Source: Ginglymostoma cirratum
Lineage: Eukaryota
Assembly: GCA_024137785.1 (NCBI GenBank)
Contig: JAHRHZ010000021.1
Coordinates: forward strand, 25,995,321-26,059,320
Reading direction: 5' to 3'
Length of the DNA stretch: 64,000 bases
Below are positions 11,848 to 23,540 of this stretch, piece by piece. Position numbers and translations under genes: made by a program. Positions within the stretch are counted from its first letter, which is position 1; every line of letters starts with the position of its first letter. The notes under the pieces are model-generated. The model worked only from the letters and a program-made list of their open reading frames with translations. It searched no databases and had not been told where the DNA came from.

Positions 11848-13430
11848 ATAACCCTCGATTCCCATGCTGATTAAAAACATGTCTTTCTCAGCTTTGAATA
11901 TGTTTAATGACCAATCTCTACAGTCCTCTACAGTAAGGAGTTCCACATATTCATAACCCTCTAAAAAGAAATTTCATCATCCCACCCCCTCCCCCTAGTC
12001 CTGTTTGCAATGAGCAACCCCTTGTTCTGAGATTATGCCCTCTGGTCCAAGACTCTCGCACATGAGAAAACAGCCATTCAGCATCTATCCTAAGAACCTT
12101 GTATGTTTCAATAAAGTCTCCTCTCATTCTTCTAAATTCCAGGGAGTACAGGCCCAACCTACTCAATCTCTCCTCATAAGAAAATCCTTCCTTGCCCAGG
12201 ATCAACCTAGTGAACCTTCTCTGGACTGCCTCCAATGCCAGTACATCGTTCCTTATATAATGGGACTAACTGTTCAAAATCTCTAGTTGTGGCCTGATTA
12301 GTACCTTGCATAATTTTGGCAAACTTCCCTATTTTTATATTACATTCCTTTTGAAATGAAGGCCCACAATCCATTCATCTTCCTTATTACTCGTAGAACT
12401 TATACCCCAGCTTTTGGTGATTTATACCCAAGGATCCCAAATCCCTTTGCATTCCTGCCTTCTGTAGTCTTCCTCCACTTAAATAATATTTTGCTCTTCT
12501 ATTCTTCCTGCCATTCTGCAAAACCTCACATTTTCCCACATTATAATCCAGCTGTCAAGTTGTTGCCTATTCACTTAACCTGTTTATTATCCTTCTACAG
12601 ACTAATTGTATCATCCTCACCACTTGCCTTCCCACTGTTGTTCTATCTGCAAATTTGTCTATAGGTTCATTTCTATCATCTAAGTTATTAATGCATGTTG
12701 AAAATAATTCTGGCCCCAGTGCACCCTGCGCCCCGCCACCCCGAGTTATAGGTTCCCATCTTGAAAATGCGCCTTATCCCAAGTCTGTCTTCTATTAGTT
12801 ACCCATGTAATAAACTATCAACAACATGATGCCTCTTCTCTTACTAAGTATCATTTGTGCGTGGCACCTTTTTGGAGGGCGGTACGGTGGTTAGCCCTGC
12901 TGCCTCACAGCACCAGGAATGCAGGTTCGATTCCAGCCTCTGGTGACTGTTTGTGTGGAGTTTGCACATTCTCCCCGTGACTGCATGGGTTTCTTCTGGG
13001 TGCTCCGGTTTCCTCCTGCAGTCCAAAGATGTGCAGGCTAGGTGTATTGGCCATGCTAAATTGCCTATAGTGTTCAGGGATGTGTAGTTTAGGTGGGTTA
13101 TAGCGGGGCGGATCTGGGTGGGATGCTCTGAGGGTCGGTGTGGACTTGTTGGGCTGAAGGGCCTGTTTCCACACTGCAGGGATTCTATGAAAAAATCTAT
13201 GAAATGAATGCTTTATTTTGGAAATACATATTGTATCTACTGGTTCCCCTTTATCTATCCTGCTTGTTACCTGCTCAAAAAACTCTAATAAATTTATCAA
13301 TATAATTTCCTCTTCATGAAGCCATACTGATTGTGCTTGTTTATACTATGTATTTTTCAATGTTCTGCTGTTGTATCAATTATAATAGATTGTAACACTT
13401 TCTCAACAACCCAAATATTTTCCCAAGGAC
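11848..13430 (-). mobile_element. CR1-clade LINE, decayed ORF2 3' part (interrupted by SINE)
   Basis: ORFs EAVQRRFTRLILG...YEERLSRLGLYSLEFRRMRGD and LINLLEFFEQVTSRIDKGEPVD are typical CR1 ORF2 RT/C-terminal segments. Confidence 0.92.
12877..13190 (+). mobile_element. HE1-like V-SINE
   Basis: tRNA head with B-box ggttcgattcc, V-domain tgtgtggagtttgcacattctccccgtg...tccggtttcctcc, CR1-like tail gggctgaagggcctgtttcc...gattctatga. Confidence 0.9.
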
Positions 13431-15647
13431 TGAAATACATTTCAGCTAGCAGAAATGGGTGACTTTTATCCCATTACTCTACATTTCACTCAGGTTCTCA
13501 AAGGACAGTGCAGCAACCAATTGAGCTGGTCAGCCTCTCAGGCTTTCTATTTAGTAGCATTATGTGTGAATTACTATGGATATCTTGCATTTATGCAAAT
13601 TTTAAACCTTTTTGTAAAGTTTATATTCTCAAAATATTTATGCACCTATATTCCTGTTAAAAAATAGCAATTTTCAAATTTAAAAAATCCAGAGTGATGT
13701 TATCTTATCCGGAATATAGCACAAACGCATTGCAACACCAGCTGGTGAAAATTGTAATGATGAAAATTGGATCAATCAGCACACATGCTCCTGAAAAGAT
13801 GGCAATCATTTTTGTAACTGTATGATTCAAGAGCAATTACCTTGAAACATGTTCAAGTTCTCTTGTAAATGATATTACTGGCGACTGTCTGCAGGAATAA
13901 GCTTGGCAAAGACTTTATTTTTATTAAAAATTCAGTATTTTCACACCACAGCCACTGGACATCTATTATCCAACAGTTTATTTTTGTGTTCCTACCTCAA
14001 AACAAAGCATGTAGGGAACTTAGAATAGTTCTGTTTTGAAGTTACGATAAATCCATTTGTTCTTTATTGCAATGTTTTTCTATCTTTCTGCTAAGCCACC
14101 TATGTTATTCCAATATTTCTATTCTGGTCAATCAGTTACTTATCTATATTTTTGATTCTAAAGCCTTCTAATTTTAATTTTGACATCTCAGTTACAGACA
14201 CTGCTGCTCCTCCTGGCTTGACAAACTTTAAGAAAATGTAAAACAAAATTTATCGAGACATTCTGCGACCAGGATTCTTGATGCTGCCCCAGCTTTGTCC
14301 AATAGGTTGAAAATTATACATGCCTATGTCAGGCTGATTATTAAACAAAGTTTTCCTCCCAATGATCATCAGGATATGATGCTCTCTGATAAATTAGGCT
14401 CTCTCTCCACTGGGGCATGCAGCCTTTCCTTTCCTGAATACCGACAAGTAAAAATGACACACCTGCCAGAAAAGTGATGAAAGAAAGCCCCGAGAGAAAT
14501 TGGTATTATTTGGTATTAAGCATCTTCCAAAAGGTTTAATTTAAAGGGGCAAGTCATGGTAGGAGAGCTCAAAGGTGTGGTTTTGCTCCTGTTGCTCTAT
14601 GTTGGAAGCTGGGTTCATTTCCAGTGCCCAGCACCACCAAGTGTCTCCAGCTGAAGCTCCTGAGAGCTCGGGTTTCAGAGCTGGAGCAGCGGATGGGGAC
14701 ACAGTGGAGCTTCCTCGAAGCTGTCAGAATTGTTGATAGCACATATAGATAGGAGGTCACACTGCAGGCTAAGCCTGCACAGGCAGAGTAAGAGGACTAG
14801 GCAGGCAGTGAAATAATCCCCTGTAGCCATTCCCCGAAGAACAGATACACTACATTGGATGCTATTGAGGGGAATGGCCTCTCGAGGCAAAACAGCAACC
14901 GTCAAATTCATGACACCATGGTTGGCTCTGCTGCGCAGGAGAGGAACAACAGTGTAGAAATGCAATAATCATAATGGATTCAATTGTAAGGAGAATACAT
15001 AGGTGTTTCTGGGGGAACAAATTAGACTTCAGGATGGTATGTTGCCTGCCTGGTACTAGGGTTAGGAATGCCTCAGAGCGACCACAGGACATCCTGAAAG
15101 GGGAAGAGTGAGCAGCCAGTCGTTATGGTACACATCGATACCAACAACAAAATAAAAAGGAGATGTAATAAACGCAGAATATAGAAGCAAGCTGAAAAGT
15201 AGGACCTCAGGGTAGTGATTTTAGGAGTGCTTTGTGCTAATCAGAGTAGAGATAGCAGATGAATACGTGGCTAAAGAGATGGTGTGAGGGAGAGGGTTTC
15301 AGATTCTATTGAATTGGGAAAGGAATGATGGTGGATAGGCAATTTTAAACATTCAAAGAGTGAATGGATGAACTACAAAAATTCCTTATTCCTGTCTGCT
15401 ACAAGAGTACCAAGAGAATAGTGGCTGAACAATAGTTTACGGGGAAGTTAGAGATAGTATTTGATGCAAAAAAGTGGCATTGAAATTTGCAAGAAGAAAC
15501 AATAGACCTGAGGATTGAGAACAGTTAGAAGTCAGTAAAGGAGGACCAAGGGATTGATTAGGAGGAAAATAGAGTATGAGAGTAAGCTTGCGGGGAGCAA
15601 AAGAAGAAACTTCTATGGGTTACACAGAAAAACTGATGTAGGTCCCT

Positions 15648-15787
15648 TGAGGAAGGGTCACCGGACCCGAAATGTTAACTCTGTCTTTTCCTTCACAGAT
15701 GCTGCCAGACCTGGTGAGCTTTTCCAACAACTTTGTTTTTGGTCCTGATTTACAGCATCCGCAGTTCTTTCTTTCAACTTTTATTCA
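15648..15787 (+). mobile_element. Single-arm family B PLE terminus with hammerhead remnant and tail
   Basis: Begins tgaggaagggtcaccggacccgaaatgtt; perfect 10-bp TSD gtaggtccct at 15638-15647 and 15788-15797 inside the CR1. Confidence 0.88.
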
Positions 15788-16512
15788 GTAGGTCCCTCAC
15801 AGTCAGAAATGTGGATAATTATTATGGGGAACAAAGAAATGAAATGACTGATGAACTAAATTCATATTTCACTTCTGGCATCTCAATGGAGGACTTGAAT
15901 AATGTGCCAGAAATGATGGGGAACACAGGGCTTAAATGAGTGTGAAGAACTGAAACAAACTTGTATTAGCAGAGAAAGGGTGTTGGAGAAATTGATAGGA
16001 TTGAAGGTTGGTAAATCCTCAGGGCCTGATAATCTACATCCCAGAGTACTTATCGAAGTGGCCCTAGAAATAGTGGATCGTTGCTGGGCATCTGCCAAGA
16101 TTCCTAGACTTCGGAACAGTTCTTACAGATTGGAGAATAGCTAATGTAAACCCACTATTTAAAAAGGGAGGTAGAGAGAAAACACAGAATTATCGATCAG
16201 AGAGTCTGACATTTCACTGGGCAATTTTATAGCAGAGTACTTAAAAAAACAGTGGAGAATCAGACAGTCAGCATGGGTTTACAAAAGGGAAATCATGCTT
16301 AACAAATCTACTAGAATTCTTCAAGAATGTAACTAATAGAGTTGATCAGAGGAGTCAATGTATACAATTTATTTGTATTTTCAGAAGGCTTTCGATAACG
16401 TCCCACATAAAAGATGACTGTATAAAACTAAAGCACATGGGATTGGAGTTAAGGTATTGAGATTGATAGAAAATTGGTTAACAGCCAGGAAACAAAACGT
16501 AGAAATAAATGG

Positions 16513-16666
16513 AGAGAGAAATCTCCATTCTGGAATCAGGTCACTGGACCCAAAACGGTAACCCTGATTTCTCTCCACAGGTGCTGTCAGACCTGCAGAG
16601 CTTTTCCTGCAATTTCTGCTTTTGTTTCTGATTTCCAGCATCTGCAGTTCTTTCAGTTTTTTAGGG
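16513..16666 (+). mobile_element. Family B PLE terminus with tail
   Basis: ggtcactggacccaaaacg...ccagcatctgcagttc; TSD aataaatgg at 16504-16512 and 16667-16675. Confidence 0.82.
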
Positions 16667-17570
16667 AATAAATGGGTCTTTTTTTCTGAATAGTAGGTGA
16701 CTGCTGGGATACCGTAGGGATCAGTACTAGGATCCCATTTATTCACAATATATGTAAATGATTTAGATGAGGAAACAAAATGTAACATCTCAAAATTTCC
16801 AGATGACTTCAGGCTGGATCGAAGGGTGAGCTGTGAGGAGGATGCAGAGATGCTTCAGTGTGATTTTGACAATGAGAGGACAAATATATGGCAGGTGCAA
16901 TATAATGTGGATAAATTTGAGGTTATCCACATTGGTAGCAAAAATTAGAAGATAGACTTATTATTTGAATGGCTGTTAAGTTGAGACAGGGTAATATTGA
17001 ACAAGGTCTGTGTGTCCTCAGGCACCAGTTGCTGAAAGTAAGTGTGCAGGTACAGCAGGCAGTAAAGGCAAACTGTATATTGGCCTTCACAGTGAGAGAA
17101 TTTGAGTACTGGAACAAGGATGTCTTACTGCAGTTATACGGGGCACTGGTGAGGCTACACCTGGAATATTGAGTGCAGTTATGGTCTCCTTATTGGAGGA
17201 GGGATGTTTTTGCTATAGAGGGAGTGCAGCAAAGGATTACTGAATTGATTCCTGGGATAGCAGTACTGACATATGTGGTGAGATCGAGTCAGTTAGCAAC
17301 TTATTCATTGGAGTTTAGAAATCTACAAAATTCTAACAGGACGAGACAGGTTAGATGCAAGAAAATTCATCCTGATGGTGGGGGATCTAGAATCAGAGGT
17401 CATTGTTTAAGGATAACGAGTAAACCTCTTAAGATTGAGATGACTTTGAATGAGATGATTGAAATTCTTTCATCCAGAGTAGTGAGCCTGTGGAGTTCAC
17501 TGATACAGAAAGTGACTGAGGCCAAAATGTTACATGTTTTCAAGCAGGAAATAGATACAACTCTTGAGGC

Positions 17571-18727
17571 TGTAGGGTTCTGGTTCACAATCAGTAATTT
17601 GATGATTTTTAGGTGGTTTGAGTCATCTTCAGATTCCAGGTTCTTGACACTGGACTTATTTAGGAATATGAAACGAAGAAGGCAGTAGACAAGTGTTGTT
17701 GGGGCGAAAGAATCTCTGCATTTATTAAATACAAAATATAAGCATAATACAAGAAATAAAGGCAAATATAATAAACAGTCAGGTTCGCAGTAATTAAATA
17801 CACTGTTAAATCAAATACAGGTTAAACACTATTAGAACTTTAATCACAGAAAACTTTAATCAGACTTCCTACCATTGGGTTTCCTGCACTGTGACCACCC
17901 ACCTTTTTTGGGGTCTCGAAAGTTTAAGCTCACCAGTGGACAACAACATGATTTTGAAGTACAGCCGACTGTTCCCATGTGCCTCGATGAAGACTTCGGA
18001 CATTATAGACGGTCAGTCTGGGTTGAGTCCACTGATGCAGTAGGACGCGTATTGGATTTATCGGGTGAGTGCTGGGTTTTCCTTACTATCTGGTGGTTTT
18101 GCAGCACCTCAGGATGTATCTGAGGCATCGTGGTGTCGATCGGGTCGGTGGTTTTCGGAGGTCGCCAGTTCTTAGATCCGTTGGTCGTCGTCGGTTTCTG
18201 CTGGTTCCCCGGGAGAAAATAGGTCTGTGTTAGTAGGGTTCAGAATTGCTGTCAGGGTCCCTTTTCTGGAGATAGCTGTGGGGATAGCTCTTAGGGAGAA
18301 GCTCTCTCTCGTGAGATCAGAGCCTGCAATTATACTATTGTGGGTCCCTTATCTTTGCACCAAATCTGCACTTGCCATTGTGTTACTGATGAAGTCAATT
18401 GACTTCCCAGTAGTTAACGAGTATAGGTAAATATATTCTGATCGAAGTTGAATGCCCGATATCTCTGTGAATGAATATTGATTGAAGTTGAATGACCGCT
18501 ATCCATAATGTCTGGGTTTGGTAGCCCGAAGTGTAAAAGTTAGTCCCAGTCCAGAGTGTTTGGGCTGGTTGGTTGTTCTCTTAGAATAAAGGTGTAAATT
18601 GGACTTCCAGGTTGAACAGTAGCCCCGGACAGAAATCATTCTTGCTGTGTGTGTGTATTTGTTGCAGGCCTGAGCTCTGGATTTTGTCTAGTATTTTACA
18701 TAATGGAGATTTTTGCACAATCCTACA
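17571..18727 (-). mobile_element. Solo LTR (~1.16 kb)
   Basis: TG...CA ends with inverted termini tgtagggtt/aatcctaca; near-TSD aggc/tggc; splits a CR1 tail; orientation inferred from minus-strand AATAAA near 17720. Confidence 0.8.
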
Positions 18728-18999
18728 TGGCTAAAGGGCTCAAGGAATACTGGGAGGGGTTGGGGAGTGCAGGATTAAGCTATTGAGCTCGACAATCTGC
18801 CATAATCATGTTGAACGGCAGAGCGGGTTTGAGGGGTCGAGCAGCCTACTCTTATCTTACTCCTATTTTCTCTGTTTTTAAACATTGTTTTCAGCCATTT
18901 TAATGCACCACCTCCATCATTCTCCCTGGGTAAAGGTGAGTTTGGACATAAAAATCAAACCCTTTAGCTTTTCCAAGGCTAAGAAGTTTCAGTGAGTGC

Positions 19000-19660
19000 A
19001 TCATATCCGTTCTAAGAACTTGTCAGTCTTTTACACTAGTTTCTTTGCACTGAACCTTTTTTTTATAGCTTTGATATTGCGTTTGAGGGAGACACCAAAA
19101 CAGAATGCAGTATTCTAGGTACAGCTGTATCGGGTCCATGTCCAAAGTATACATTGTAATTCTAATTTTATATTAATGCTATAGTTTTCAAACAGCCCTG
19201 CAGAATTGCTTATGGCTCTTTAAAGACTTATTATTTACTGTCTCCAGATCCTTCCCCTATTCTGTTGCTTTGAACACATAAATGTGGATGGTGTTTACAT
19301 CCTTGATATTGGCCAAGAGTATTACTTTACATATGTCTGCACTAAAAAAAAATCTGTCAATTATCTGTCCGTTTCTCCTTGACTGCAAATGTACCTGTAA
19401 CTGCTGTTGCTCCTTGAAAATATCTTGGCAGTACAAATTTCTCTGTGTCATCACTTGTAGATTTCACACGCAATGTTTCAGCCATTACTAAAAACAATGA
19501 GGAACACTTCAAGTCCCACCTGATCCAGAGGTGCGTAACAACATTGCTGAGTAGGTGGCTTTGTAAAAAAAAACCAGCATAAAGGTGTGTACATTTTCTG
19601 GCAAAGATGATGGCCATCATAAACACTGCATTTGACTTCCTGCTCCCTCCACCAAAATTA
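19000..19660 (-). mobile_element. Old CR1-like LINE fragment
   Basis: ccaaaacagaatgcagtattctagg is the reverse of the CR1 LEYCxxFW motif; further degenerate RT-like sequence. Confidence 0.5.
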
Positions 19661-21038
19661 AAGCAATATACTTTGGGTCTAAACTACCTAATGTTTGACT
19701 TCTGACTTGGATTTCTGGATTTGCGATAGGAGTAGATTTTGACTTTTATGACTTGGCACTTTGACAAACCTCATGTTCCAAAACATGTTGTGAAGGTCAA
19801 CACCAAAGAAATAGAAGGTTGCTCCTAGGGATATGTCAAGTGATATTGTTAATGTGAAGCTGACAGCACTCAGTGCATCTAATTTCAGAAAAGGGCACAT
19901 ATGTTTAATGTGAAAATGAATCACAGAGCTGTCCATAGTAAATAATACAAGATCAGTAATTGCAAATAAAACTCATGGTGGTTCTACACCAAGAATTCAA
20001 AGCTGATAAGTAGGCTTCTTTTTTTCAACAGTCAGTCACTTGTAGGAGCACTTGCCTGCTGAGGACCAGCTTGTCTCTCAACAAATTCATCAACGGCATT
20101 TTAAAAAGGTATTTCCATCAAAATAGTGGTCACCTCTTTAATATAAACGAAACTGATTGGAAGTCAGAGTTACCACTGTACTCAGTTTCACGCTGAAAAC
20201 TGTATCATTCAAATGTATAAATATCACATTTCATACTGGTTACAGCATCTGAAGTAAATGTAATCAGCCATATTTAAGGGCTGCCCTGTCAGTTCATCCA
20301 CTTAAATGACCTGCCTATCAAGCACACTAACTTTTAAGCCACAATTTAAATTCACAGTGAATTCACATTAGGGATTTCCAATTTTATTACCTTCTATAAA
20401 CTTTAAAGGAAAAATGATCAAAAGTAATTATTTGCCAATATTCATCGCTACACTGTGTATTTAAAATGATCATAGAAATGTAGGTGACAGTGCTCATAAA
20501 TTGAGATTTTCTGATGTTAGCTGAAATCACCGCATTAGCTATGAAGTGATGATTAGTTAATTCCTGACACTAATGGGAACATCCACAATTTTTGGCAGAA
20601 TCTGAAATTAGATTGCTGCTAGCTATCTAGATTCAAGGGACATTGAAAATAGACAGATGAAAAACTTCACGATTTTGAATTTAGAAATATAGTTAGTAAC
20701 TTCTCATTCTTTCAACTCCCAAATTCCCACCTTTCTGAAACACGGGTTTATTTTCAAAGATACCCCAGGTTTTAAGGTTATCTTCAAGGTAAAACATCAA
20801 GAGGGAGAGTGGATAGGTGGTGTCACTAAAATCCAAGAATGGTTGTTATTTATTTTTATAGTATTTGCTTCTTACTTCTAAGTACAAATATAAAGAATTT
20901 AGTGCTGATGCCAATTCAGGTGGTGCCAGAGGTTTACATGCTTTCTTTGCAACAAACCTCTCAGATAAATCTTCAAGGCAGACTTCAGAGAATGAAAACA
21001 ATGTTTATTGCTACTAAGGGGTTGGGTTACAGCTTCTG

Positions 21039-21357
21039 AATCATAGAATCCCTACAGTGAGGAAGCAGGTCCTTTGGCCCAACAAGTCCACACTGACCCT
21101 GACAGCATCCCACCCAGACCCATATAACCCACCTAACCCTACACACCCCTGAACACTATAGACAATTTAGCATTGCCAATCCACATAACCTGCACATCTT
21201 TGGACTGCAGGAGGAAACCAGAGCACCTGGAGGAAACCCACACAGACAGAGGGAGAATGTGCAAACTCCACACAGACAGTCGCCCAAGGGTAGAATTGAA
21301 CCCGGGTCCCTGGTTGCGAGGCAGCAGTGCTAACCACTCAGCCACTGTGCTGCCCCC
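21039..21357 (-). mobile_element. HE1-like V-SINE
   Basis: Reverse complement of the 12877-13190 family, including the V-domain. Confidence 0.9.
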
Positions 21358-21429
21358 CTGCTCATTTTTTCGGAGTTCATCCAGGGACCGTAAGATTAAA
21401 AAGTAGTGATATAAGCCCTGACCTATTGT

Positions 21430-22295
21430 CACACCTCCCAAATCTGACCCCCCTCTTAACATTCTTGTGTAGGCTTAAATCACTTAGAGATGCTAGATGC
21501 TAGAGTCAGAGTCAATACAGTGTGGAGCTGGAGGAACACAGCANNNNNNNNNNNNNNNNNNNNNNNNNNNNNNNNNNNNNNNNNNNNNNNNNNNNNNNNN
21601 NNNNNNNNNNNNNNNNNNNNNNNNNNNNNNNNNNNNNNNNNNNNNNNNNNNNNNNNNNNNNNNNNNNNNNNNNNNNNNNNNNNNNNNNNNNNNNNNNNNN
21701 NNNNNNNNNNNNNNNNNNNNNNNNNNNNNNNNNNNNNNNNNNNNNNNNNNNNNNNNNNNNNNNNNNNNNNNNNNNNNNNNNNNNNNNNNNNNNNNNNNNN
21801 NNNNNNNNNNNNNNNNNNNNNNNNNNNNNNNNNNNNNNNNNNNNNNNNNNNNNNNNNNNNNNNNNNNNNNNNNNNNNNNNNNNNNNNNNNNNNNNNNNNN
21901 NNNNNNNNNNNNNNNNNNNNNNNNNNNNNNNNNNNNNNNNNNNCTAAGTGATTTAAACCTACACAAGAATGTTAAGAGGGGGGTCAGATTTGGGAGGGTT
22001 GGTCATGGGATGAGGCTGGGGGTGGGGAGATTTTGAAACTTGTAAAGTCCACATTAAGACCATTGGATTGTAGGCTCCCGAGGCAGAATATGAGGTGCTG
22101 CTCCTCCAGTTTCCGCGTGGTGTCGTTGTGACACTGGAGGCGGCCCAGGATGGACATGTCACCCAGGGAGTGGGAGGGGGAGTTGTATAGCTGCTGCTAT
22201 ACAAAGCAGTCTCCGAGCCTCTGCTTGGTCTCACCAATGTAGAGGAGGCCACATCAGGAGCAGTGGATGTGCAGGTGAACCTCTGTCTGATGTGA
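21430..22295 (-). mobile_element. Penelope-like element remnant with inverted segment, spanning gap
   Basis: 22020-22295 encodes a GIY-YIG C-terminus on minus (YIGETKQRLGD; KLEEQHLIFCLG); 21434-21487 is the reverse complement of 21944-21996; family A terminus at 21488-21543. Confidence 0.75.
21544..21943. other. Assembly gap (400 N)
   Basis: Run of N. Confidence 0.99.
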
Positions 22296-22419
22296 AATTT
22301 GCAGGAAAAAGCAGGTTCATTGTTTAAATGTGCAATTGTTCAAAAAGCCCCGGCAAGTGGCTGTAGATAGTATACACTGGTATACCTAGCACCTTTAAGA
22401 GAGGGGATTCTGGATTTTC

Positions 22420-23540
22420 ACGTAACAATATTGAAGGAAAAGTCAAGATGGTGAATGGCTTGGAGGGAAACTTGCAGGCGGTGGTTCTGGGTTTGGACGT
22501 TGCTGTCTAAGGAACGTTGGTGAATTTCTGCAGTACATCTTATGAGGTACATACTGCTCCTGCTGAATGTTGGTGGTGAAAAGAATGGAAGTTTGTGGAT
22601 GTGGTGCCAATCAAGTGGGCTGCTTTGTCCTGGATGTGCCAAGCATCTGGAGTGTTATTGGAGCTATAGTCAGCCAGGCAAGTGATGAGCATTCCATCAC
22701 ATTTCTGACTTGTACTTTGTGGATAGTGGGTGGGTTTGAAGAGTCAGGAAGTGAGTTGCTTGCTGCAAGATTCCTAGTTTATGATCTATTCTTGTAGCTA
22801 CAGTGGTTATATAGCTTATCCAGTTCAATTTCTAGTCAATGTTAACCATAGGATGTTGAAAGTGGGAGATTCAGTGATGGTAAATCTATTGCACTCAGTG
22901 GTGCCGAGTCGCTGAATGTTGTTTGACCAGCACTCATCCACACAAGTGGACGGCATTCTATCATATTCTGATTTGCACTTTATGACACTTTGGAACTTTC
23001 TGCCTCAGAGGGTGATGGGGGAAGAGTCATTGAATATATTTAAAACAGAGCTGGATAAATTCTCATTAGGCTAGAAAAATCAAGGTTTATTGGGCACAGG
23101 TGGGATGTGGGATTTGAAGCACTTATCAGATTAGCTGTATCTTATTGAATGGTAGAGCAGGTTTAATGGGCTGAATGGTCTAGTTCTACTCCTGTCTCAC
23201 ATTTTCTTGCTTAGCATCAGTGAGCAGCTCATCAATGAATTAGTGCTTTGTACCAATGCTGACAACTCCTTCCATCACTTACCTGGTGACTGTGAGTAAA
23301 CTGATGGAAAAGTAATTGGTGAGGGTCAGATAGTCCTGATCTTCTGAGGACAGGATATAGCTGAAATTATTTTCCACCTTATCGGGTGCATACTAGTGTT
23401 GTAACAGTACCAGAACAGTTTTGCTGAAGGCCATAGCTAGTTCTGAAGCACCAGCCTTCAGTACTATAGTTGGGATCCTGTTCTGATCTGTACCCTCTGA
23501 GGTGTTCAGCGTACTCAGCAATTTCTTGAACTAGAGCAAT
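22420..23540 (-). mobile_element. Decayed LINE fragments (with a plus-strand CR1 tail at ~22990-23200)
   Basis: Resemblance to LINE-derived sequence at 39110-39850; CR1 tail motif atgggctgaatggtct at 23166. Confidence 0.45.

Larger units (their letters stand above)
14560..18875 (+). mobile_element. CR1-clade LINE (esterase-type ORF1 remnant + ORF2), interrupted by three insertions
   Basis: ORF1 remnants resembling GDSIVR / VCCLPG / VHIGTN near 14970-15150; RT remnants (FQKAFDNVPH, LGSHLFTIYVNDLDE, KFxDD); the tail resumes after the solo LTR at 18728. Confidence 0.88.

Noticed and set aside
12877-12945. tRNA-like sequence
   Set aside because: Head of an HE1-like SINE, not a tRNA gene
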